Below are positions 48,953-61,537 of a DNA stretch of 64,000 nucleotides, in pieces (position 1 is the first letter of the stretch; each line of letters starts with the position of its first letter). The position numbers and the translations under genes were made by a program. The notes under the pieces were generated by a model that made no database searches, was not told the DNA's origin, and was given only the letters and a program-made list of their open reading frames with translations. The stretch comes from Cystobasidiomycetes sp. EMM_F5 (lineage: Eukaryota): assembly GCA_051047955.1 (NCBI GenBank), contig JBPGPT010000002.1, positions 1,116,001 to 1,180,000 of the forward strand. The letters run 5' to 3'.

Positions 48953-49800
48953 ATGTCTGCAACAAAGTCCAACAATGCGCTCGAAAAGTTGCGAGCAGAG
49001 CAGGACAGTAACATGCTGTTTGCGACGCATATCGCCCATGCCAACGGGAACCTGGTGGGAGCCACTACGAACTGGTCAGTCACAGGGCAGGTCCAGGATG
49101 AGCAGGCTTGTGGTGAGCAATAAGTCAAAGCAAGGCATGCGCTTCAGTTGAGCTCAACGATGCCATTTCCAGATATTTGTAAATGTCAAGAAACCACTTG
49201 TGTACGGCCAAGCTTGACAGAAGCGTGAGTCTTGTACGAAAAGAATGAACTCGGCCGCCCAACTTGATGTCTATACGGTTACGCAGCTGCACTTTCTGTA
49301 CGGATAAACGATTACAATGGTGAGCGTCAAAGCTGCACTGAGGATATGTAACAATCGCTGAAGCTGGTCTACAGCGTCGGACCTGGTAACAACCGAAGAA
49401 CTCGAACGTACGAGGTTGTAAATCAAACAATGTAGGTTCAAACGTCTTGATCTACCTTGATATACTCCGTCTGACTTCCGGGTTCTGCAGACCGGGACAA
49501 GAGGAATCACACGGCGAATACTCTGTGGGGCAAGCCGTACACCTGAAGAACGCGGCTGGACGATGGGACGAACACCCGCATCTCGTCATGCGTGCAATAT
49601 ATAGGCAGATATCTGTGGTGTTAGACGACGAGGCTAGCGCTGCAGTTCCCGTCGAATCAGTCAGACCCTTTGGCAGCGAGAATTGGGTCAATGAGGCCAA
49701 TGCTACGCTGGATGGCAATGCAGCCCTTCTCTCCGAACTGCTAGATCCCGGACTTACAAGTCGGTCAGCGAGCGTGGACACCAAGCCTGATGCTGTCTAG
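48953..49800 (+). CDS. Small (195 aa) divergent Zn(II)2Cys6 protein with a putative C-terminal Tudor/SH3-like barrel; 5 exons
   Basis: Exons 48953-49112, 49173-49224, 49287-49319, 49375-49407 and 49491-49800, all with GT...CAG introns, splice in frame and give ACDICKCQETTCVRPSLTEACTFCTDKRLQC (C-x2-C-x6-C-x8-C-x2-C-x6-C). Confidence 0.75.
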
Positions 49801-49908
49801 AGTCGGCACGATGCAGCATTGTTTCACTCAGACTGGCGTACAACAACAGGATCCGATGGCTACGCTCGTCCCAAACGCTTGCGGTACTACGCTCTCAGAA
49901 ATTCACCG

Positions 49909-50996
49909 TCATGCTCTCTTGATGAGCCATTCTAGCGTCTTGTCGATGTTGTTGGAGTTCAGGCAAGAAACCGAATATATACTGGAGCGGAATCAGGATC
50001 AGAAAGTCAAGCTGGACATCCAGTGACCAGTACGACCTTACCTGCACTCCCTTCCGGAGATCTTTGTCAATTCGCTAGTGCGAAACAATCAGCAACCTTT
50101 CAAGGAGAACAGAGTCCGCACATACAGCTTTTCTATCAATTCTTCAGCGGACAGTGCTCCTGGCAAGTCGTTCTTATTGCCCAACACAAGGAGGGGGATG
50201 CCGGCCATTTCCGCCCTATCTAGCACTGTTGGAAGAAAGCCACTCAGCACAACACAAGCGGGGCTTGCGACAAGGCTTACGGCTAAACAGCTCCGCCTTT
50301 GCAATGTCGAGCTGTGTAGCATCCGCCGCATCTATGACAAAGCTGTTGGCTCAAGATAGTCAGAAGCCGAGTCAGGATACATCATCGGGAATGCGTGACG
50401 TACAGGACTGCATTTGCTCCTCGGGTGTATCGCTGCCACATACTCCGAAAGCGAGCTTGGCTGTTGTTGAGTTAGAAGTTAGACGGAATAAAAGTGAGAA
50501 GACGGCAGTACACACCCTCCGATGTCCCACAGCTTTATTGACACGTTGCCTTTCTTGAATTTTTTCATGTTGAACCTGTCGCCGACCTGTCAATCTTTAC
50601 TCTCCTGCCGTCGTTGCCAATATCTGAATCAACTGACCCGCTGTTGGCAGTAAAGGTCATTGCCTCAATTAGCCGACCTCTATCGTTGTTGTTTCGATGA
50701 ACAGACAACCTTACACTGTCGGAACCATCTCCTCTGAGAATTGACCAGCCTGGCAATTGCTTTCAGTGGATAGATTACTAAACACACTACAAGAGAAGTG
50801 CGCCCACCGATAAGACGTTGACCAGAGAGGTCTTGCCTGAATGTCGTCAATTTGGGTAATTCAGCATTGGAGACACTGCTCAAATGAGCCATGGCAGCCG
50901 ACCAGCATTCTGCAGCCCGACGATAGTAATCTCGAGCTCCTTTGTAAAGAAGAGGCCTCTGAGCCAGGCGACGAAAGCCGCAAAGATGTTGACCAT
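49909..50996 (-). CDS. ARL8: ADP-ribosylation factor-like GTPase 8
   Basis: Amphipathic N-terminus without Gly2 (MVNIFAAFVAWLRGLFFTKELEITIVGLQNAG|KTS), PTVGFNMKK, KLWDIGG|QARFRSMW and GIPLLVLGNKNDL; ends WLIKRA*. Confidence 0.92.
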
Positions 50997-51251
50997 TTCA
51001 GGCCGCTTTGAGGGTTTCGAGGCCAGTCAAGGCAGCCAAGCTACTGCCGGCACCGCTGTCGACTTCTGTCCACCAAATTGGACGTGCTGCAGAGTTCCCA
51101 GCTCTTTAGGCTGGCAGAGCTGGACAGCTGTCTGGAGAATACTGACTGGTCGATGACGCTGCGCTAATGCAAAGAGGCTGAAGTTCAAAACTGACTTGTC
51201 TATTTTGTTGGACCGTAGAAACGCTGAGCACGTTGGCTTTGAGCCACGTCC

Positions 51252-52033
51252 ATGAATACTGAACACCACACTGCACAGACGGCGGGTGTGCCAGTCTCGC
51301 GCGAGGTGCACAATGACCGGCTGGTGATTGCGGCAGCCCAAACGGATGATCACATACAGACCAACAAGGATGGTTCCGACCGCTGGAGCTGACTCTGCTG
51401 ACCGTAACCAAGCCAGCAATGCGCAGCTTAGGATAGACAGCCTCGCGTACAATAAGACTGCAGTTCGAGCGACATTCGTGGCAGTCGCAGGCAGTGCCGC
51501 CGCTTCCTTCATAGTTTATCTGACGGGCGTCAGCGGCTTCTGGCTTGTGCTAGTCACTCCGTTTATCGTATTTATCACGAGCGAACTGGTCCGGACGCAA
51601 ACAGACAAGCTCGTCACTGACGCACAACAAGCTGTCGCTTGTGCTCGCGATCCGGTATATCGAAATTGTCGGCACTTCGAGGCGACTCTCACTAATGAAG
51701 CCTCTCTGCTAGCTACGTCGTCGGAAAGGCAACCTCTGCGAGGGCGATACAGAAAGCGTCGAGTGGCTCAAAGTCGTCATTTCGAAAATATGGCCTCAAG
51801 TCAATACCGACTTGTTGATACCTGTATTAGACTTGATTGAGGATGCTCTAGTCACCCGCATGCCCAAGATTGTCACGGCCGTTCGAGTCGAAGATCTGGA
51901 TTTCGGTTTGAACGCAATTCGGTACGCGTATTACGCCCATCATAGTCAGTACAGCATGTATCGCCGCGCAGCAGTCAAGGTCAGGACATTCCCGCACTGC
52001 AGTCAAGGTCGTAAGATTCGGACAAATATCTAA
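51252..52033 (+). pseudogene. Truncated SMP-domain (Mug190/tricalbin-like) membrane-tether gene
   Basis: A TM hairpin is followed by DTESVEWLKVVISKIWPQVNTDLLIPVLDLIEDAL...VRVEDLDFGLNAIR (start of an SMP domain). A stop follows within about 100 nt and no C2 domains fit before the convergent RasGEF gene. Confidence 0.6.
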
Positions 52034-52106
52034 TACCAATCTGCATGTCACGTTACGAATAGGTCATGGCTATGATGAGCAATGCAATACTGATGAAGTC
52101 GTAAAT

Positions 52107-55100
52107 TCATAAACGCCAAGCAAATATTTCGCGCGTCGCGCTCGGAGGAGGAGCAGCGCTGTCTAGAGGGCTCGTCTCGCGCGGCTCAATCAGCTGTAAT
52201 GCAAATTAGGACATTTCGCGGATACCGAGGCACCGAACCCACTAGACTGCGCCTATAAAGATCGTGGTGATCCCCGTCGTTGGCAATGTTAGATAAACCT
52301 GGATACTCGAGTCAGCGCTGCGATGGTAACCGCAGAGCAATAACATACACAAGTGTAGGTAACTCTGCATCTCCGGAATTTCAAGCAGATTGTAGGGTTG
52401 TTGAAATCTTTGCAAATCCCCGACAATCTTTGCGATTTTCTGTATGCGGAGTGTTAGAAAGGGTCCAGGGTAGCGCGGGAGGAGTCATGCCCACCTGATA
52501 GCGGTCGAAGTTGATGAGGCGTAGGCTCGAATCTAAGGGTGACAAGCGATGCTGGGGATTCCCATCCCGGCAGAAAGTGATGTCCGTCAGGTACAATCCA
52601 AGGAAGGGTAGGCAGGGCGCCACAGCGGTCCGAACAGCGCTGCGATACTGGGCATAATTGCGGCTATGCTCCACAAACTTTTGCTGAGCCTGCCATAAAG
52701 CGGTATATTTGTTGTTCAAGCCGTCCCACGTCTTTTTAAGCCTCGCTATAGTCGAGGAGCCTAGAGCAGCCACGATGGCCATCAACGTATTGAAGTTCTG
52801 GAGAGCCATCAAGCGCTTTAATGCCTGTCAGTTGCAAGTCTTTCTGGGATCGGGGAATAGGATGCAGCGACTTACCTCGTTGACCTTTATAAAATATTTT
52901 ACCAAGCCAGTTCGCTTCTTTGCATCTTGCTCACTTAGAATATGGTCAGCAACCCAGCCAGTAAGGCGAGTACTGACGGCGCTCATAGCCTTTATTTTAC
53001 TTGCGCGATTGATGCCTTTCTTGCCCGAGTCCAATGTCAACAATTCGTCTAGTTCGATGCCGCAAAAGAGTCGATTCTCCATAATTGTCAATTGCCTGGC
53101 CAGCTCCAGTGGATCGAAATCCAAAATGGAACCGACGATGCACATAGGTGACCGCAAAGCTGTCATGAGGGATTTTGAGACGATGGAAGCGGGCGGCAGA
53201 CTCGACATCGGACCGGGTAGCGTCGCAGAACCCAACGGCACGGCGTCGGAGATTGGTTTACCTGAACGCAGCTTCTCGGCAGAGACCATGCGCATCAGTC
53301 CGCGCGAACCGCCGCGATGGGGAGCTGGTGAGAGTACTAATCGTTTCTGTACTAGATCTACCAGCCTTTGTGCGGCAGCGGGCATAGCTGGCACCATCGA
53401 TTGGCGTGTGAACACGAGCAGAGACTCGAGTACACAGCTATCCGTATCGGGGTGCCAATGACTCTCGAGCCATGTCTTGAAGGTATTGTATACCCTTAGA
53501 CGCACTGGAGTCAACTTTTGTACGACCCATTGTCGAGCTTCTGGCTCCGGCAACTGATGAGGGGCCGTGATGAGGAAGCGATTGTACAGTGCTTGCGCGA
53601 GCTCAGGCGGCGTGGTAAACATGCGGAATGTCATGAAGAAGGTATTCGCGAAAGTGGGATCAATCGTCTGATCATGTAGGGTCATTCGCTCCACCAGGCA
53701 GGAAAAAGTGCCGCCGATAAGATTGCCATCCGCATTATACGCACATTCCCTCGGCTGATAGTCACGCTCAAAGCGTCCGGCAGGTCCTTCCGCCAATCCG
53801 GGTTTCGGACTCAGCGGAGAGGACACAAGAGGCTGACTGTGGCCATCAGTCATTCGCAAGGCGACGAGACGGTCTGGTGTCGACCCGGACCTCGTACGAT
53901 TAAAAATGGACGGCCTGCGTAAAGCGTCGTGAGCATGCCAATCCTGCTTTTCGTCGATAGGCGAAGGTATGATGATGGACGATCTTGGAGACGTTTCCGC
54001 CGTACTTGCCTCGGAAAGATACGTTCGATTCGAGGACGTAGCGGTACTCACTGCTGAACCCCTGGAGGACTCGTCGCGGGACATCGCTTCTCCACCCGCC
54101 TTCGATGATGAGATACTGACCGTCAGCGACGGTGTCGCTGATCTGGCTGGTACATCAGATTCGGCCATCTTGTCGCCTGTCGGTACGCTCGGAGAGGTAG
54201 CTTTGTCATTCAGCGATGTGACAGTGGATGTCGCCGAAACACCACTCGAACTAGCAGGCCTGGTGTTTAGCAAGCTCAATTGTGGCTTGATATGGAGGTT
54301 AGGAGGGGGAGCGACACCGCGACGATCTGAGATTACACTTTGACATGGGTCACTCCTGTCATCTCGTTGCTCTACGATGAGGCTCGCACGAGGTCTGCGC
54401 GTATTTGAAGCGTCACACTTAGCTTCATCAGCAAGTGAGTCCGTTTGCCGCTGTTGCCAGACCAGCACTTTTGCTGCTGCATTATCATCCTTATGGCTAC
54501 CTCCTTGAGGCGCGGACGTTTGAATGTGGCCATGCCCCAAGCCTGCATCGGGCTGCTCTACGCCTTTTATACCGGCGTGTTGAGACTCGCTGGGCGCTTC
54601 ACTCCAAGTACTATTATTACTGCAAGTGCGCGCTCGCTCGGACTGCACCGGCTTATTGCTGTCCGAGACCGTCCTGCTGGGACTGATCATATAGGTGAGC
54701 TGGTCGAAGCCCTTTTTAAGCAGGAGAGGACGGGTTGATGTAACGCAGTCAGCACTGGAACGCAAAAGGGCTGTCGCGCACTTCAACAGCTCGTCCTTTT
54801 CATCGTCCTCGTCGCGGTGTCGATCGTTCGAATCATCATTGCCGCTGCCTGCTGCGGAGCCGGCCGCCTTGCGAGCTGGATTACTCGTAACTTTCTTTGC
54901 GGATGTCACCAGAGCCGTAGTGGCGAAGTAGAGTGCATCGCGCTGCTTGCTCAGCGTTCGCAATTCCCTGTGCTGATTCTGTAGATCTGGGTGCCTTGAG
55001 ACTGCATCGGCAATTAGAATAGTTTCGCGGACTCGTTCTAGTATCTCCTGCATGATCTCAATTAAATGAGCATATGAGGAGGAGTGCGATTCTCTTGAAT

Positions 55101-57245
55101 GTGCATGGACGTGACCAATGAAGGCTGCAATTGTCGATATGAGGTGATCATGTATAGCGGAGATAGTACGGTAAACCTCGACAGCTACTTGAGGCTGGTC
55201 AGCACCATCGGCAGGGGTGAGTGGACCTGCTGACGACACGATAGACGATCTATCAGAACAAATCGATTCGTTTTGTTGCCATGCAGGATCGGATTGCGCG
55301 GGCGTATACACAGCTGGTATAGACGGCCGTCGAACCATCGCGGCCTGCACAATCTGTGATCGTGGCATATGGTGCGACGCTGGCTCTTTCTCCAAGAAAG
55401 TGAACTGCAGATGATGTGGAATGCCGCTACTCTTGTGGCTAAGGCCGTTGTGATGGCCGCCTTCGCCGCTTGCCGAGCTCGTGCTACTGGCTTCTGACGC
55501 TTTGCGACGTGCTCGAATGTCGCTGAGGCTTCTGGCTTTGTGGACACCGCGAGCTGGCGTATTGCTCCGCTTAAGACCGCCGCTGTCCTTACGGCCCGTT
55601 TCGACGGTAGGGAATGATAAGCAAGTATCCAAGTCTGGCGTGGAGATATTTTCCAGTCTCAAGAGTTGAGATAGACCTTGACCACCAGCCACATGCACGG
55701 AGTCAGACGATGTTGGCGAATCGACGAGTTTGACTCCGCACTGCTGAGCGATAGTCAAAAAGTGTTCGACATTCTGTTGTATGCGAGTTGCCATCTGAAT
55801 CATTGTGGAAGCGGCAGTCTGCTGCGAATGATCGCTGAGCTCTGAGCTGGAAGCCGTCTTCGCCTGCGATACCAATGCTGCAAGGAACGACAAGATCTGT
55901 CGTCGCTCTTGTGCAAGTATATGATTCTTGCGCAGTACTGGCGACTCCTTAGCGAGGCAATTTGTAGCGGCTAGTAGAGACCGCACGGTGGCTATCAGAC
56001 ACGTTGTAGCTGGCTGATAGTGCGAGACGCGACGCGCATCTAGAGCGGCTTGCATTAGTGCGACTGCTTGCACGACTGGACTGGACAGGTCGCCGAGGGC
56101 TTGCACGGAGCAATTGTAGCCTTGTTCGACTGACGTGAGCATCATGTGAGCAAGACTTGATCGCTGATGATTGTTCGAGTATTCGCCATGACCGTGATTA
56201 CCGGCTGGTGTTGGCACTGGCGACGAAGCAGCCCGTTGCATCCTCTCTGAGGTCGATGTTGCAGCTATGGATGGTGCGGTCGACGTGAAGGAAGTTCGAG
56301 AGCTGTTCACAGCGGCCGTGAATATCCCATTATCGCTCGGCGCGCGATAGGCAGAGTTTACGCTACTGCGACGAGAGCTAGTTCCACCCAAGACGAGTGT
56401 ACGGGCCCCAGCTTCATCTGTGCAGTTACTTGCGCTACTCTGTGCCAATGCAGGCTTGACCTCGTGCTCGTCCATAGCTTCTGACGTTGAAGGACACCTG
56501 GGCGTATCACATTGAGTCGTCTGATTATGAGGTTAAGAGGTGTAGAAGACGGCGGGAGGCATCAATGACAGCCAATCAGCTCCTTGACCAGAGACATGCA
56601 GGTGATACCGCCACCAAGGGGCGTCAAAACATGTCATACATGGATGCCCCTGGTGATCACAGTACCCTGTAAAGCTAAACCCACCACGTAATTGGATGGG
56701 AACCATCCTCTGATGTCATCAACCTCTCCGTCCCACCAGCCAGAGGCATCCTTGTTGAAGACCTTGATGAGCTGGCCGGCTGTAAACGACAAACAGACGT
56801 TTGACCCCGAGTCTACTGCCGAATAATCGTGCAGAGCTTGAACGTATTCGTGCATTATTGGCGTGGTCATTGAATTCGCATCTTCTTGTTCTGATTCATT
56901 CTTGGACTGCAACATGACTGCCATGACCGTTGCATTCTCGTCTTGACTGGAATCCGCTCGGACCCCGCCCGGTGCTGGGGGAAGGGTCTTCTCTGTCATT
57001 TGCGAGTATCGAGAACTGGACGTGGACGTCGATGTCGATGCAACGATGCCAGCAGTCATGGCGTCCATGCGTCCTGACACTGCATCAAAGTGAAATGGGT
57101 CAGACGCGACTGAACTCCGATAGTCGCGTCGATCGTCATTGTATCCAAGAACGCTATGGCGCAGACTGCTCCCATCGCTGTTGGTGCTGGCGCTGCTACT
57201 CATTGTACTGGCGTTACCGTAGCTTACTCTGGCCTTGACAGACAT
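52107..57245 (-). CDS. CDC25: Ras guanine nucleotide exchange factor, Cdc25-like (SH3, REM, RasGEF domains)
   Basis: SH3: YVQALHDY...CLSFTAGQLIKVFNKDASGWWDG...RGWFPSNYV. REM: GGTFSCLVERMT...TFFMTFRMFTTP. GEF: FDPLELARQLT, QNFNTLMAI, PCLPFLGLYLTDITF, INFDRY, LIEPRE. Confidence 0.95.
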
Positions 57246-59534
57246 TTAATTCGAAATTACTTTGAATTGACGGCAGTTGAGAATGTTTCGCCAGGGGTAC
57301 CAAGGATCACAAGAGTGATAACTAGACGGCCATAGGTTTTCTTGTGGTGTTGATATAGCTACAGTGTGACCTCCGTCGATTCGCTTGTCAATTACGACCA
57401 GCGGTTTGGTGTATGTAGTCGGGGATCGATGGCACCTGGCACGATCCTAGTAGCGGTGGGCAAAATGCCACGCTGCTGTATCGATAGACGGAGCCGACTG
57501 ATGTTGGTGATATCGTAAAGTGCGTGTTGTTGCCAGCCCTTGCTGTTTTTCAACAGCGGCCTCTGGCCGGACAGGTCGCGCCCGCCGTTTGCGAAGGGTC
57601 CAGCCTCCAAACACAGACTTTTGCGCCGTCAACCGACTGCTTGCGAGCCTAAAGGCTGTCTTGCAGACTTTGTTGCCCTTGTTGCGAGTCTCTTTGACAG
57701 CGTTGACGGCTCGTCTCAATTGTTTGAGTTAGTCGCCAAAAGGTTTGCCAGGAATGTCGGGCACGGCTCTGTGCGTCGAGTGGCAAAATCCCCTGCGACG
57801 CGTCTCCTGTACCTGAATTTGAATCTGTTGTGTTTTCTTTCTTCTTTTCTGCAGTCAAGTTGTGCAGTGTTGACGATGGTCAGACTTTGATTGACTGATA
57901 CCAAGACGATGATGCTTTGCGGGAGACGGAGACCGTCAAAGTTGTCGATTTTGCGACGCGGGCTGAGGGAAAGTCGCTGGCAGAAGGGAGAGCAGCATTA
58001 GCAGTCTGGCTAGTATTCAGGGAGGTATTGCAAAAGATCGTAGTGCAAGATTGTCGAAGGGAGCTTGATGGTGCGCGTAGGGATTGTGAAAGTGCGGCAA
58101 GAAGCTATCACGGCGAAACCGCAAGCACCGGCACGTGAGCGAATCAGCCAGCTCTTAAAGCGCTGCCTCGTAGCATTTTCGCGATGCATATCGAAAATGC
58201 ATTGCATCGAAAGTCCATTGACACTTTATGCCCTACTTCAATCCGGACACCAATGCGCGTCGAGTGAAAACGAAAGAAATGACTCGGAAAGATAGATCAA
58301 AGAGAAGCAGGAATGGAGAAGAAGAACAAGGCAGGCAGCGGGCAGACTGATGAGCAACTCACTCCTCATGCAGGACTGCAAGCCGTTCTCTTTCAGGACC
58401 GTTGTGCCTTCTTCCGTGTTGGCGGAATCCGCCGTCGTTATGTCAGCAAAGTCCCAAGCAGCTACGCAATGCCAGTGACATATGCAAGGTCCTCCAACTC
58501 ACAAGACCGCTCGGTGTGCGCTGGTCCCCAACTCCGCGTCCTGCACGAATGTACCGCCGATGACCGCACAGCAGCTGCCAGTGTAGCCCGCTACCTTTTT
58601 ACTCAAACGATTTCCTGATGAAGGCTCACTCTGCCCAATTGTCGCAAGTTGTCGAGCTTCGCACCGTTCGTCTTCCCGCACGCTCTCCAAGTCTGCCAGC
58701 ACACGGAATCGTCGACGGTAATTTTCCTGACACGGAACTGCCTGCCAAACCCGCTTTTTTTTGGGGGTGCTTCTGTCGAACCAGCTGATGCGACAGGTGT
58801 TGGTTGTCGGCCATACGCGTGACTGGAGATGCTGCTGGGGTCACGCTTTCAGAACTGCGTCCTCTTTTTCGCAGTCTGCGCCCTACGACGCCGGCCACTT
58901 TATCGAGCGGCAATGGCCCGTACGAGGTCTTTACGCACACTCCAGAGCGCAATGATGCGTGCAAGATTGAGTCGAGCAGGATTCTTGCAAATGACGAGCA
59001 AGCCAGCACACGCACACTTACGCACACACAACATCCTGCTCTGCCTATGCTTACTTTTCATTGCGCACTCCGCAGCGCTGGGACCATCGGAGCTCGCCCT
59101 GACCATGTCCTGCTAAACGCTGACTACGGGCTGAGTCAGAATTTGCTAAGCTTCTCACTCCGCTTGAGGGTCTGTCTCTGGGTGGACTCGGTGACGGTGA
59201 GCTGCGTTGTCGCTTTCGCTCAGGCTTGCAGGAACGGCAACCGAAAGACGCAGTCTACCACAGTAGAGCATACCCAGCAAAGATATGCATTCACGTTACA
59301 GCAGACGCATCCCCTCAGGCCTGAAGCAAGCTAATCATCTGGCATTCCAAAGCCGGTGGATTGCCGCTCCGGTCCGAGACATTCTCCGTTAACTGACTTG
59401 CAGGCTCTGCCCAAGTGCCTTTACATACAAAGACCATCCGAGGCAGTCTACATGTTCAAGTATCCTCCTTTGCGCATCTTGCACCCGACTACGTACAGTA
59501 TCTAGCATCATGCCGACTGCGTGATAATCAAGAT

Positions 59535-60883
59535 CTATCCATCCAACAGGTCTCCCTCAATGTCCCAAAAGGCCGCCCGCTTTATGACGAGAACATCGAT
59601 ATGATTACCCACCGTGGCGCTGCTCCATGCTGAGTCTTCGTCCAAGTCATGGTTGAGATCTTCTTCGCGAACGAGAAAACCTGATGTCTGCGGCTCCTCC
59701 ATCAGCAGAAAATGGCATAGAGCTACCAGAGGAAGACGCATATCATTGAAATTGATGAACTGATCCTCTTGCGGATTGTGTGGGACAATGTCTGAGGACG
59801 CATGACGCATTTTCTAAACGACGCGATACCGTAACAGCGATCAATGCACTCACATCGATCGTAGTCACCAATAGTACGCCTATCGCGACGCTTCTCGTTC
59901 CCCAGATGTTCCAGCGCCCAATAAATCGAAAAGGAGTATGGCTCATCGGCATCCCGCCCGTCCTGGTGATCCATCGCAACATTGACGCGATACACATCGT
60001 CCACACAGCTGCGTGAGACATTCAGGTGGCACGACCAGCCACTGATCCATCGCGAGTAGACGACCGTCCCGTCTTTGACGACCTTTAGCGGACGACGAGC
60101 CGGATGTGACACTTTGCAACCATTGGACGATTCGCTAATCACGGAAGATTGCTGAGAGTAAGGCAAAGGTGGTCGGATGAGAGCTGGATACAGCAGCACG
60201 AGCAGTTGCAGAACGTGCAAGTTTGAAATGGTCAGAGTGGTCGAAAGCGTCAATCCCATGCTATCGAGTGCGCGCCTGAAGCTTGAGATATTCCGGGGCC
60301 AAGGTGTGCCAGGGTGTTCTAATGTAGTGATCGTAATATCGTCGAGTCTATTCTCAGACATTGCCGCATACACGCAGGCGTAGATGGCTCTCGCCAGACT
60401 TTGTATACCTCTCTCTTCGAGATCCACCTCGGCCGGTAGCCATCTCATCTTCCATTCAGCGCGGCTTTTGCTCTTTTCCAATGCCAACGACGTTCCATCC
60501 ACAGCTGCAGTATAGCTGTCACGTCCAAAACAATGCACGACAGGACAGTACTTGTTATTCAGTGAACACAGAAACTCTTTCCGGACGGTAGATTTGGCAG
60601 GCGTTTCCTGCTTCTTGGGAAGTGACTTCTGCGACGTTGTAAGAGTCGCGAAACGGGGCTGTAATTCGAGCGAGGAGGGCTCTTCGGGTGATTCTGGCCG
60701 CCAATTCATGGAATAGCTTTTGCCATTCGCTGGGGAAGTCCTGGTTTGTACACGGCCAAGCTTGGCATGGTCGGATTGCGGGGTGCCGGTCTTCACTTCG
60801 CCTAAAGCGCCGATACTCTTGACGGACGCATCGCTTTGTTCAGTGTCGTCCTGGGATGGACGCCAATTCATAGAGTATGCCAT
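59535..60883 (-). CDS. Degenerate siderophore-type N-hydroxyornithine acyltransferase-like (AlcB/SidF/SidL GNAT-like) protein
   Basis: HPARRPLK...GTVVYSRWI, FSIYWALEHLG, GDYDR, ALCHFLLMEEPQT and KRAAFW resemble family motifs, but the catalytic segments are altered; 2 exons. Confidence 0.6.
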
Positions 60884-61004
60884 GCCTCAGACAGCTGGTT
60901 GAAGCAGAGTAAAGACCAGTCCTTCAAGCTGAAATCGTTGTACGATAGCGATCACATGTTGGTTTTGTTACATTGGACAATTCTGCGAGGTCGACGAGGC
61001 TTTC

Positions 61005-61537
61005 ATGAGGTTTGAAGCGGTCGATATGGTCATGCTATGTCCGCAGTCCTGACGAGCCATGTTGGCCGTTGTTTTCAGTGGCCGCCGGCAGGATGCCAGT
61101 ACGCTCGAGCAACAGAACGATGCTCAGCTGGATGAGCTGCACAGCAAGATCCGAGCGCTTCATTCGGTAGGTTATAGACTCAGGATGTGCCCAGGCAAGG
61201 ACGTGGGCTGATAATTGTTATTGTTGCAAACAATGCGTTAGGTAACGATTGACATTCACAATGATTCAAGAAGCCAAAACACACTGCTGGACAGCACAGT
61301 GGGTGCAGAGTTCGTGTGCGGATGCCGAAACAAGGTAGCTCAATGCTGCCAATCCATTCTGCACCTTTCTTTCTGCCACGACAGTCGAACGCTTTCGATT
61401 CATTCAGTTCATCCCTCACAAATTCCGCTTCCCGTCTAGGCCGTAACATTACTAACCAGCAGAATCAGAAGCGTACTATCTTATACGTAATCGGGGCGAT
61501 ATGTGCGTTGTTTGTCGTATGGCGGTACCTTCTTTAG
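61005..61537 (+). CDS. BET1: Qc-SNARE Bet1 (ER-Golgi)
   Basis: Spliced MSGRRQDASTLEQQNDAQLDELHSKIRALHS|VTIDIHNDSRSQNTLLDST|SNAFDSF...C-terminal TM ILYVIGAICALFVVWRYLL*; 4 exons. Confidence 0.88.

Noticed and set aside
57246..59534. Many 60-176-aa ORFs in the 2.3-kb gap upstream of the RasGEF gene
   Set aside because: There is no recognisable domain or consistent spliced model; this is most likely promoter and UTR sequence.
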